Source: Promethearchaeia archaeon (GTDB lineage Archaea > Asgardarchaeota > Lokiarchaeia > Sigyniarchaeales > SOKP01). From it: a stretch of 59,188 nt of DNA. Position numbers and translations under genes: made by a program. A model generated the notes under the pieces. It was not told the DNA's origin. It saw only the letters and a program-made list of their open reading frames with translations, and made no database searches. This document shows, piece after piece, positions 42,221 through 51,438 of this stretch. The stretch is from assembly GCA_046483985.1 (NCBI GenBank), contig JAWOCD010000103.1, forward strand, positions 1 through 59,188, read 5' to 3'. Each line of letters begins with the position of its first letter. Position 1 is the stretch's first letter.

Positions 42221-42506
42221 AAAGGAGTTTATCATAGACGGCAAAAGAAAACAAACGACTGATGAACTTTTTTAAAAAGAATAAAGGGGAACTCCGTTAA
42301 TCGATCTTTTAATATGGATTATCAATTTGGGAACCTTACTGTCCGCTCACTAAGCCCAGATCGAAGAATCTAGTCAACGATTTGACCGGCATGAGGATTG
42401 ATGCGGGGCGATTTTCCCCTCGCTTGCGGATGGTTAAAAACTAAAAGGTCACGTTCATCTTTCCCATAATTGTTCAATCCTTCGAAGAAAAGCGTCTAAT
42501 ATAACC

Positions 42507-42725
42507 TCATTCCTCACTCCTATAACCCTCATCGTGACGTTCTCTTAATTTTTTGATTACAACCATAAGATCTCGCAAGATAATAGCCCCCAGGTACAAA
42601 TTTTCTTGAATCTCCGACTCATCAAAATCTATTTCAGATGTAAGGTCTTGTTCAAGATCGTTCATAAAGTCTTGAGATTCCTTATATAATCGTAATAATA
42701 ATTCCTTTTTTCCCAATTTTTCCAT
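42507..42725 (-). CDS. Small hypothetical protein
   Basis: 72-aa helical acidic ORF. Confidence 0.5.
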   Translation of the reverse strand: MEKLGKKELLLRLYKESQDFMNDLEQDLTSEIDFDESEIQENLYLGAIILRDLMVVIKKLRERHDEGYRSEE

Positions 42726-42905
42726 AATTAAAGATAAGACTTGATCTTTATTTATCCATTCTATAGTTTCGAAAGAATCAAGGATTTTCTTTATTTAATT
42801 AATTACAAATTTGATTTGAGAAAATCTGAATGGCAACAATTAATTATATGGAGAAATCACAATTATATAATATAAAAAAAAAAGAGGTGTTGACAAGTAG
42901 GAAAA

Positions 42906-43826
42906 ATGAAGAAGCAAAAAATTGCATTGGCAATGATACTCTGAACCCTTCTTTGGACCCCTTTCTTTCCTTGCGTTTTCGGTAACACGGAACAAATACA
43001 GATTGAACAGAATAAGGTAATATCGCTCACCTATAAAATCAACCAAACGATAAATCGATATGAAGACCCTGATATTTACACGAATCATACAATGAAGTAC
43101 AATGTTACCTTAGATAATGAAGGTAATTTTAGCATTGAGGTAAAATATGATCTTTCCTTATTGGATCCATCTACCGATCCTCCTGATCAAGATACATCTG
43201 AATTCTCTTTAAATTACGGATTTAATAATGAGACCAAATATATTTCTAATTGTGAAATTGAGGGTATTAACGAGACCTTCTCTTTTATTTACGCTTCACG
43301 GAACATTTCCCTATCTGATTCAGAAAAGTTCCGGGTTGATGGATTAGCATTTCTAAAAATTCCGCCGGGATACAATACCTCACTTATATACAGTGAATTA
43401 AGTTCAATAAACATGTTCGGAACTGAATATACGGCTATGACTTTTATTGGAAATGTATCAAACATATATGGATATGATACATGATGTGCCCTTGACACCG
43501 TTAATGGTTCTATGGAATTGACATTCGATAAAGACACCGGATTGTTATTGCATGCTAAAGAACAATATTTAAATTCAAATAGCAGCGATTATAGCATGTG
43601 GTTCAACCATACCATTGAACGAACGTTAATATTAAAATCTACAGATATCAATACTGAAGAAAATCCCAATGACTTTTCTTGGATTTTCATTATGGCGATA
43701 ATAGTTTTTGCGTCGATTTCTCTTATTGCCTTATATCTTGTATGTGTTCGGAAGGACTTTCATAGGGAGCGAAAAAAGCGCTCAGAGTTAGAACATAGTC
43801 CAAAAAGAAGACTTGAGAAAACTTAA
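42906..43826 (+). CDS. Predicted surface glycoprotein (signal peptide and C-terminal TM) interrupted by two in-frame UGA codons: candidate selenoprotein or pseudogene
   Basis: One frame of 306 codons joins track ORFs 43092-43484 and 43512-43826; UGA at 42942-42944 (codon 13) and 43482-43484 (codon 193); true stop TAA. Confidence 0.7.
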
Positions 43827-43827
43827 G

Positions 43828-43873
43828 ATCTGATGAGATTAGATTATAAATTTTAGAATCTAATTGAAGAGAT
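43828..43873 (+). promoter_or_regulatory. SECIS-like hairpin
   Basis: AUCU-G-AUGAG-AUUAGAUU-AUAAAUUUUAG-AAUCUAAU-UGAA-G-AGAU: AUGA/GA core, perfect 8-bp helix, apical AAA, short basal helix. Confidence 0.45.
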
Positions 43874-43982
43874 GGAAGCCCCATCCATAACTTTTTCAAT
43901 ATTGTTAAAATACTTATGTAGACGATTTTCGGCGTAATATAGATACAGATATGAAAAGAAAATAAAATTGTCAAGTAAAAAT

Positions 43983-44105
43983 TTATCCTAAAAGCCCAAA
44001 TATTTCATTAAAACCAATAATAAATGTGAAAATACCAGCAATAATCAACAATATCCCGAGGATAGCCATTCCAACTTTTTTTCTTGTGCTTAATTCATCT
44101 GACAT
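43983..44105 (-). CDS. 40-aa single-TM small protein, not in ORF track
   Basis: MSDELSTRKKVGMAILGILLIIAGIFTFIIGFNEIFGLLG*; AAAGGA upstream of the ATG and a TATA-like stretch further upstream. Confidence 0.65.
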   Translation of the reverse strand: MSDELSTRKKVGMAILGILLIIAGIFTFIIGFNEIFGLLG

Positions 44106-44181
44106 TAATTCCTTTTCTCGTGAGTTTAATTAAATATAATACGCTCTTTATATTTATATAGTTCGCTAAGGATATGAAAGA

Positions 44182-44405
44182 TTGAACTACCACGCCTTAA
44201 AGAGCGATGGATTCGTAATTCCTTGCAAACTGCTTGCCTAAGTGCATACGTCTTACAGATGCTTCAAACGGTAACCCCCGCAGTCCCTGCGATTACACGA
44301 TGAACTGGGTTATCGTCTGTCAATATTTTTATAGTATTAAGCGTTTATAAATGTATGTGCGATTCATCCCCGCCCTGAAGGTCGGGGTTTTCTCGCACTC
44401 GAGTG
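44182..44405 (-). mobile_element. Complete non-autonomous IS605-derived mini-element (left end, TATA box, omegaRNA-like scaffold, right end)
   Basis: TTTAC flank, LE hairpin CCCCGACCTTCAGGGCGGGG, TTTATAAA, GC-rich scaffold, RE ...CCATCGCTCTTTAAGGCGTGGTAGTTCAA; homologous to 58755-58953. Confidence 0.8.
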
Positions 44406-44516
44406 GTAAAAAAGGATTATTCATCCGTTCAAAAATTTTAGTTTCAGTAGGAGGGATGTTCTATAGATTTAGAGGAGTTAAAAAAATTTCGGGAAAATCC
44501 GACTATTCAGACCGTT

Positions 44517-44873
44517 ATGAACTTAGGGAAAACTATTACCGAAGCGGAAGGAACGGTAGAGGAAAAACGTAAGTTATTTAAGCGGGCATTTGAGATTAGC
44601 AACTTTCAGGAGCCCCTTGAAGCAATAATCAATATGTGGGCTGTAGGAACAATGCTCGAAGATGATTTATCGGTTAATCGGAAGGTCAGGGCAGTACGAG
44701 AAATACTTGAGAATTCAAAAATAACCAACGAAATGCTCGAAACTTGGACTAAAACAATATATACCGTAAAGCGAGCACCCAAAGATGTACTTGATCTTAT
44801 TGCAATCAATATTCGGAATCGTGAAGGTATTTCAAAAGAGATTAAAAAAATGCTGGGACATCCAAATCCCTAA
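44517..44873 (+). CDS. Hypothetical protein
   Basis: 118-aa helical ORF. Confidence 0.65.
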   Translation: MNLGKTITEAEGTVEEKRKLFKRAFEISNFQEPLEAIINMWAVGTMLEDDLSVNRKVRAVREILENSKITNEMLETWTKTIYTVKRAPKDVLDLIAINIRNREGISKEIKKMLGHPNP

Positions 44874-45018
44874 CCAAACTAGGGTGCTTTCGAGCTCAAG
44901 GTAAAAAATCACTTTTTCGAGTATAATAAGGTATAAAAGAAAATTTTATTTACGTCTAATTCTTTTTAAATACTAAATAGTTCAATAATTTGAGAATTAT
45001 TAAAAAAGGTTAGAATAA

Positions 45019-45639
45019 ATGAGTCAACAGCAAATTATGGTCCCAGGCGCTGCGGGGGTCGCTATAAAGTGTAAAGATGGAGTCGTATTGGGAAACGATA
45101 AGCGGGCAACATGGGGATATACAGTTACCAATAAATCTACAAAAAAAGTATTCAAACTTACGGATAACATAGGAATGGCTGCCTATGGATTAATCGGAGA
45201 TTTTCAAATGCTTACAAAGATTATGAGAGCGCAAGCTAATTTATACGAATTAGATGCCGGAGAAAAGATATCTACACGCAGTATGGGGAAGTTAGTGTCA
45301 AATTACTTATATAGCCGAAAAATGTTTCCATTATATACCAATGTCATTATTGCCGGTATGGATAAAGATGGACCAGCGTTATATTCTTTAGATGCCATCG
45401 GTTCCTTGATGCCAGATAACTACGGGACGACTGGAACAAGTATGTTAATGGCTGTAGGAATTTTAGAGGCGGAATATGACAAAGAGATTAAAGTGCAAGA
45501 GGGTGAGCAGTTGGTAGAAAAAGTCATTCGCAACTCGCTAAAACGAGATGCCATGGCGGGAAATGGGATTGATTTATTAATCATCAACGAGGGCGGCGCT
45601 GAGGAAAAATCAATCGAATTTGATGAGCTCGGAGAATAA
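45019..45639 (+). CDS. psmB: Proteasome beta-type subunit, lacking catalytic Thr1
   Basis: GVAIKCKDGVVLGNDKRAT, KKVFKL, GLIGDFQ, RDAMAGNGID; PG-AAG in place of TG-TTT. Confidence 0.92.
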   Translation: MSQQQIMVPGAAGVAIKCKDGVVLGNDKRATWGYTVTNKSTKKVFKLTDNIGMAAYGLIGDFQMLTKIMRAQANLYELDAGEKISTRSMGKLVSNYLYSRKMFPLYTNVIIAGMDKDGPALYSLDAIGSLMPDNYGTTGTSMLMAVGILEAEYDKEIKVQEGEQLVEKVIRNSLKRDAMAGNGIDLLIINEGGAEEKSIEFDELGE

Positions 45640-45762
45640 TCAAAATATTTAAACATTTTTTCTATAATGTAAAAACTATTTATTACAATCATCCATTATT
45701 CTTTTTAATATTTCATATTATCACAAATTTTCTACTACTATACTTATAATTGCAAAAATTTA

Positions 45763-47880
45763 GTGTCGAATTTGAAACTACTTAATAATGCCCTCAACAG
45801 ATCAAAAAAAATTACCGGATTTACAAAAGAAAATATCATCGCTGCAAAAAGAACTATAGAGCGGTTACAAGAGTCCGAAGAAAAATCCTCTGAGTTGGAA
45901 GAATATTTAGAGGATTTACTTCCACAAGATTTCCTTGACCAAGGTAGAACTTATCTTTCTCGATTACGAGAGTTTATAGACAATTACATTCGGATTAATC
46001 AAGAAGGAAAAGAAGACATCTATTTTTTTATTCGTCTGAAAAATGCCTTAATGAACGAACTCTCACGGTTATCCTCAAATCTCCTGAATTTTAAGCTAAA
46101 TAGTCAAAATATAAAACGGTTTCTCAAACAGAAAGATAGAATAGAAGAAAAGAAAAGTTTAAGCAAGAAATTACAGAACGAGGCTGAATCGTTGAGAGAA
46201 AGATTGGCGGATTTAACTTCAGCGGAAAGCACAAAAAAATATGATGATCGGGGATATATATGGAAAGAGGTAAACCAAATTAAAAAAAGCAAATACAGAC
46301 TGATTAAAGAACCTCAAAATGCTTTACAGTGGGATGAGGTTATAAAAGTCTTCTCAGTTATAAAAGATATTGAACAGAGAATTAATGAGAAAGAGCAAAA
46401 TGAGGAGAAATCAAAAAAGAGGTTTAGCTTTTTTCGCAAGAAAAAAGAAAAACCCCAAGAAGAGGGTATTTTATTTCCACTTGGACCCACTATAGATAAA
46501 TTAGCAAGCGATTCGGATACAGAACACCAGCAAGAGATTTATGAGGATATATTATATCTTTTATATGTCAACGGAATAATTAAAGAAAGCCAATATTCTC
46601 AAGTTGACAAGTCCAAACAAAAGCAGATAAAACAAGAACTTAAAATCTTTTTTGATGATTTGATAAAAACTCTCATAAAAGATTACCTTGAGGCGGAAAT
46701 TGAAAAAGTAAAGAAATTTGATCAAGAATTTGATATTCTCTCTGAAGAGAAAAAATTTAATGTAGCCGATGTAGACAAATTAAGCATAAATGAATATTTA
46801 CCACGTATTTTCAAACATTATTTTGAAGGAATTGAAATGCACTATCAACACAAAATAGATAATTTACGGGAAGAAGAAAATTTCGATGAGACTATCCAAT
46901 CTTATCAAAATGATATGGCAGAATTGAACAATTCTTACAAGAGACTTAATGAAAAAATTGAACATCTCTCCCTCTTCTCGTATCCATATCAAGAAATTAT
47001 TGAACCTATCAGAAAGATATTAGAAAATATAGAAGATTCTATCGAACGGCGTCAAGAAACATATATCGATTATTTAAAGACCTTAAGAACAGAAAAGATC
47101 CGAGAAAACGCAAGGAAATTTATTGATGAGAAAAAAAAGATATTAAATTCATTAATTGATGACGTAAAAGAGAAGACCTCCACAATTCTTCATGGAGAAT
47201 TTCCCCAATTAAAAAAAATGCAACTTATCCTCGAAGATTACAGAAATAAAATCGCCGAAATTAAAAAGGAAGTCTATTCAAAATTAGATACATTTAAAGA
47301 AAATAACGTGGATATGTATCAACAAATAAAAACTTGGGAAAAGAACCTCAATATCAAGCAAAGTCAATTAAATTTCATCATCTCGATGATTTTCAAAAGG
47401 TTATATAAAAATTTTAAAGGTCTTATCGATTCTGAAGGTATGCTCTTTGATAGCTCCTCCGATCTTATTGAGGAGGGTGAAGAGGAAGCACTTCCCATCA
47501 ATTTTGCCCTTTCCAACTTCTTAATTGATAAACTGACGGAGCAAGAACTCAAAGACCGGATTTCCCAAGTAAAGACAAATATTAAAAAGTCAGAACGAGC
47601 ATTAAGACTTTATAAGTCGGAATTAGAAAAATTAGAAGCACAGAGGACAGAAAAAGTGAAAAAACGAGAGGGAATCGATTCGGATGAATTAAAATGCACA
47701 GTATGCCGGCAGAAAATTAAAGTCGGGAAAGATAAGATTATTGTCTGCCCGTTCTGTAAAAATGCATACCATTATCTTTGCGTGGCTGATTGGATTAATA
47801 AATATAATTCTTGTCCGACTTGTCAGAACCAATTTCTTGATCCTAATTCAGGATTATATCAAGTCAAAGGCGAAAATTAA
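45763..47880 (+). CDS. Long coiled-coil protein with C-terminal RING-type (C4HC3) finger
   Basis: CTVC-x13-CPFC-x4-HYLC..DW....SCPTC. Confidence 0.82.
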   Translation: MSNLKLLNNALNRSKKITGFTKENIIAAKRTIERLQESEEKSSELEEYLEDLLPQDFLDQGRTYLSRLREFIDNYIRINQEGKEDIYFFIRLKNALMNELSRLSSNLLNFKLNSQNIKRFLKQKDRIEEKKSLSKKLQNEAESLRERLADLTSAESTKKYDDRGYIWKEVNQIKKSKYRLIKEPQNALQWDEVIKVFSVIKDIEQRINEKEQNEEKSKKRFSFFRKKKEKPQEEGILFPLGPTIDKLASDSDTEHQQEIYEDILYLLYVNGIIKESQYSQVDKSKQKQIKQELKIFFDDLIKTLIKDYLEAEIEKVKKFDQEFDILSEEKKFNVADVDKLSINEYLPRIFKHYFEGIEMHYQHKIDNLREEENFDETIQSYQNDMAELNNSYKRLNEKIEHLSLFSYPYQEIIEPIRKILENIEDSIERRQETYIDYLKTLRTEKIRENARKFIDEKKKILNSLIDDVKEKTSTILHGEFPQLKKMQLILEDYRNKIAEIKKEVYSKLDTFKENNVDMYQQIKTWEKNLNIKQSQLNFIISMIFKRLYKNFKGLIDSEGMLFDSSSDLIEEGEEEALPINFALSNFLIDKLTEQELKDRISQVKTNIKKSERALRLYKSELEKLEAQRTEKVKKREGIDSDELKCTVCRQKIKVGKDKIIVCPFCKNAYHYLCVADWINKYNSCPTCQNQFLDPNSGLYQVKGEN

Positions 47881-47911
47881 GAAAAAGATTAAAGCAAAAA
47901 AATAATTTAAC

Positions 47912-48184
47912 CTATTTTTGAATCTTAACAAATTTTGATATTTCTTGACCCCTTACTGCAAAATTTGCATCAAGGTAAAGCGTTAGAGCGTGCATTTTGC
48001 CGTTTTTATGACAGTGACAATGTGTATAAGAGACGGGCCATCTATCTATTTTAGATTTTTGTTCTGTCAAGCCATCAAGATCAATATCCCGTCCGTGGAT
48101 TTTTTTTCCACATAATGGACATACGCTTATTAATTTCTGCATTAAAAGGGAACGAGTAGTAGACTTTTCTAAACTGTCTTTCAT
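47912..48184 (-). CDS. Small putative zinc-binding hypothetical protein
   Basis: CPLCG...HCH...HALTLYLDANFAVRGQE. Confidence 0.7.
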   Translation of the reverse strand: MKDSLEKSTTRSLLMQKLISVCPLCGKKIHGRDIDLDGLTEQKSKIDRWPVSYTHCHCHKNGKMHALTLYLDANFAVRGQEISKFVKIQK

Positions 48185-48298
48185 AACATCACATACCTAA
48201 TTTTGAATAAAACAAGCTAAAGATAAGTTATAAAAAAATGTAATATGTAGATAATTTTTTCTTTTGCCTTTAATGATAAAACCCAATAAAAAAAGAGA

Positions 48299-48389
48299 TT
48301 GAAGTCTCCCCGCCCTAAAGGTCGGGGATTCCTACGAGTCCACTAAGCGTTAGCTGCGCTTTTCCATAGCGAAAAAAATGATCGATAAT
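48299..48389 (-). mobile_element. IS605 relic: 33-nt tnpB fragment fused to a right end
   Basis: 48357-48389 is identical to 920-952; followed by GGAATCCCCGACCTTTAGGGCGGGGAGACTTCAA. Confidence 0.8.
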
Positions 48390-49054
48390 CATACCTGAGG
48401 TGGAAAAAGCACAATATTGACGGCCAAATAAATTCCGAAGCCAATCATAAAGAGACCGCATCCTATTAGAATAATTTTATAGATTTTGGGATTTAATGAT
48501 TTACCTCCGAGATAGACAAATATCGAAAGGGGGAAATACCATAGCAGATCACCGAGTTCGTGTCCAACGTAAAACGCCACTAAACCCAGTGGATTAGAAA
48601 AATCCACTAAGCCAAAATTAATCATAAATGAGATTCCAATGACCCCCCACCAAATAATCCAATAAGGATTCGATAATGAGGTGACAATGCCGCCTAAAAA
48701 ACTATTCCCTCGAAATCCTTTAATTTCTTCCTCATCTACCGATTGAAAATCTAAATTAATTGGGTTTTTTATGGTATCACGGATGACCATAACACCGAAT
48801 AAGACTAAAAAAATACCGCCAGCTAACCCGATGATGGTAAGAACCAATAAATTACGGAAAAATATCGCAGCTCCGAAAAGCAGTGCTAAAATCAACCCAA
48901 ATTCCAAAGAGGCATGTCCCAAGGAAATAAAAAGCCCTGCCAAGTAACCCTTTTTACTCGTTAGAGATTTATAAATTGTAAAGGTAAGAACTGGTCCCGG
49001 ACTTAATGCTCCAGTGAGGGCAACTAAAAATGAAAAAATAAATATTTGAAGCAT
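48389..49054 (-). CDS. LysE-family translocator
   Basis: ALSPGP, LGHASLE, SLSNPYWIIWW; multiple TM segments. Confidence 0.9.
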   Translation of the reverse strand: MLQIFIFSFLVALTGALSPGPVLTFTIYKSLTSKKGYLAGLFISLGHASLEFGLILALLFGAAIFFRNLLVLTIIGLAGGIFLVLFGVMVIRDTIKNPINLDFQSVDEEEIKGFRGNSFLGGIVTSLSNPYWIIWWGVIGISFMINFGLVDFSNPLGLVAFYVGHELGDLLWYFPLSIFVYLGGKSLNPKIYKIILIGCGLFMIGFGIYLAVNIVLFPPQV

Positions 49055-49092
49055 TCTCGATAACTTTTATGTCTATTGTTTTGAGTGCGAAT

Positions 49093-50352
49093 CTATTCTC
49101 TAATTTGACCAGAACCATAGATGACATACTTTGTTGTGGTCAGCTGTTTCACACCCATAGGTCCCCGAGCGTGCAGCTTTTGCGTGGAGATACCAATTTC
49201 TGCCCCCAATCCAAATACTCCGCCGTCTGTGAGACGCGTTGCGGCGTTCACATAGACTGCGGCGGCATCTATCTCTTCTAAAAACCTTCGTGCTTGATCA
49301 TATCGATTTGTAATGATTGATTCCGTATGTTTAGAGTCATATTTTGTTATGATATCAATCGCTTCATCCAGATCTTCCACCACACGGAGGCAGATCTTCA
49401 GCGACAAATATTCGGCACCCCAATCCTCCTCTGTGGCAGAAATCACATCTGAAACAATTTTCTTAGTCTCTTCACAGCCACGCACTTCAACTCCATGGTC
49501 TCTTAACGTATCTACGATAAAAGGAATAAAATCCTCCTTAATTTCTTCATGAATGAGAACTTTATCTAAAGCATTACAAACCGCCGGATAGGAGCATTTA
49601 GAATTGATAATTAATTTCTCCGCCAACTCAAAATCCGCGTCATCGTTCACAAACATACTGACGATCCCAATTCCTGTTTCAATGGTGGGAACAGTAGCAT
49701 TTTGGACTACTTTTTGAATGAGGGTTTCTCCCCCCCGGGGGATAATGACGTCAATATAACCTTTTAATTTAAGCATTGCATCTACATAGGCTCTATTAGT
49801 ATCAGTAACGATCTGGACGCAATTTTCGGGTAAACCTTCTTGGACAGCCGCGTCCTCCAAAATCTCTGCGATTGCCACATTAGAATGAATTGCCTCACTG
49901 CCTCCTCGGAGAACAATCGCATTTCCAGACTTAATACATAAGCCCGTGGCATCGGCGGTCACATCAGGACGCGATTCATAAATGATTCCGATCACGCCTA
50001 ACGGAACACGCATCAATCCTATATCCATTCCGTTGGGACGCCGCCGCATCGAAATGATTTCATTGATGGGGTCGGGGAGTGCAGCAATTTCTCTCAATCC
50101 CTCGGCAATTTTTTGTATTTTTTCCTCATTTAACACGAGTCTATCGACTTTCGCTTGGGTTAAATTGTTTTCTTTAGCATTATCTAAATCTTTCTGATTT
50201 GCTTCCTTAATGTCGTCTGCGTTTTGCTCCAATTCATCCGCCATACGTAAAAGCGCATTATTTCTTGCATCGGTAGAGGAGTTTTTTAAAGCAAAAGCGG
50301 CATTCTTGGCTTTTTCTCCAATTTGTAACATTTGTTCTTTTATAGTTGACAT
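49093..50352 (-). CDS. proA: Gamma-glutamyl phosphate reductase
   Basis: VPLGVIGIIYESRP, VCNA, GLGAEIGISTQKLHARGPMG. Confidence 0.97.
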   Translation of the reverse strand: MSTIKEQMLQIGEKAKNAAFALKNSSTDARNNALLRMADELEQNADDIKEANQKDLDNAKENNLTQAKVDRLVLNEEKIQKIAEGLREIAALPDPINEIISMRRRPNGMDIGLMRVPLGVIGIIYESRPDVTADATGLCIKSGNAIVLRGGSEAIHSNVAIAEILEDAAVQEGLPENCVQIVTDTNRAYVDAMLKLKGYIDVIIPRGGETLIQKVVQNATVPTIETGIGIVSMFVNDDADFELAEKLIINSKCSYPAVCNALDKVLIHEEIKEDFIPFIVDTLRDHGVEVRGCEETKKIVSDVISATEEDWGAEYLSLKICLRVVEDLDEAIDIITKYDSKHTESIITNRYDQARRFLEEIDAAAVYVNAATRLTDGGVFGLGAEIGISTQKLHARGPMGVKQLTTTKYVIYGSGQIRE

Positions 50353-50383
50353 ATCTTATTCACTCCATTACTCAATATTATTA

Positions 50384-50580
50384 TTGAACTACTCACGCCT
50401 AAAGACGTGAAATTCATATTCTCTAATGCGTGTTTATTACATTAGACAATATAGGTTGGTTCTCAAACCTTAAATTAAGGTTCTACTTCTTTTTAGAATT
50501 ACGAAGTATAGTAATGCTAAGGTAGGTATTAGTCCAAAGCATTGTTTAATTATAATTTAGATATCGACCTATTTAAAAAT
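50384..50580 (-). mobile_element. Structured IS605 right-end / omegaRNA-like element between proB and proA
   Basis: Ends ...TCACGTCTTTAGGCGTGAGTAGTTCAA; several hairpins; 50384-50469 homologous to 52008-52093. Confidence 0.7.
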
Positions 50581-50588
50581 ATTCATAA

Positions 50589-51380
50589 TTATGTTTGGGG
50601 CAAAAAGTAGGTGCCAATTTCCTCTCCTTCTAAAAGGCGTTTTAAAATATTATCATTATCAAAAGAGGTTATTATTGCTGGGATGCCAATGTTGGTCAAT
50701 TTTTTAATTGCCCGGATTTTCGAGGTCATCCCGCCAAAAGTAATGCCACCTTCAATATCTTCAATTTTTTTTTCTAACTTGGCATCGATTTTATCCACTT
50801 GTTTGATAACCTTTGCATCCGAATGAAGCTTCGGGTTTTTATCGCATAATCCTTCTACATCGGTCAGGATAATGAGAAGATCGATATATAATAAAACAGA
50901 TACAAGGGCCGAGAGTTTATCATTATCGCCGTAACTTAGCTCTTCAATCGCCACCGAGTCATTTTCATTGATGATCGGGACGATATCTTTCTCGAGAAGC
51001 ACTTCAAGCGTATTCCTTACATTAGAACGACGGGTGGAATCCTTCATATCGTCCGCTGAGAGTAAAACTTGTCCCACTTGGTATCCGTATTTATTGAATT
51101 CATTTTCATATATGCTCATTAAATGAATTTGACCTACTGCCGCTAATGCTTGAAGCTCTTTAAACTCTTCAGGACGGTTTTCGAGTCCAAGCTTCGCCAA
51201 CCCGCAGCCTATGGCCCCACTGCTTACCAAAATAATCTCATAGCCTTCCTTGATTAAATCAGAGATATCTCTAACTAAATCACGAATTTTATCGTAATAA
51301 ATTTCAGCCTCTCCGTCAGTAATCATCTGGGTGCTGACTTTCAAAACGATCCGTTTATTATTGGTCGGAAATTTTCTCAT
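50589..51380 (-). CDS. proB: Glutamate 5-kinase (no PUA domain)
   Basis: VSSGAIGCG, QALAAVGQ, PIINENDSV, GDNDKLSA, GGMTSKI. Confidence 0.96.
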   Translation of the reverse strand: MRKFPTNNKRIVLKVSTQMITDGEAEIYYDKIRDLVRDISDLIKEGYEIILVSSGAIGCGLAKLGLENRPEEFKELQALAAVGQIHLMSIYENEFNKYGYQVGQVLLSADDMKDSTRRSNVRNTLEVLLEKDIVPIINENDSVAIEELSYGDNDKLSALVSVLLYIDLLIILTDVEGLCDKNPKLHSDAKVIKQVDKIDAKLEKKIEDIEGGITFGGMTSKIRAIKKLTNIGIPAIITSFDNDNILKRLLEGEEIGTYFLPQT

Positions 51381-51438
51381 CGGAAATTAACATCCACATC
51401 TAAAGAAAATATATGAAATAAGAAAAAATTTTTAAATA

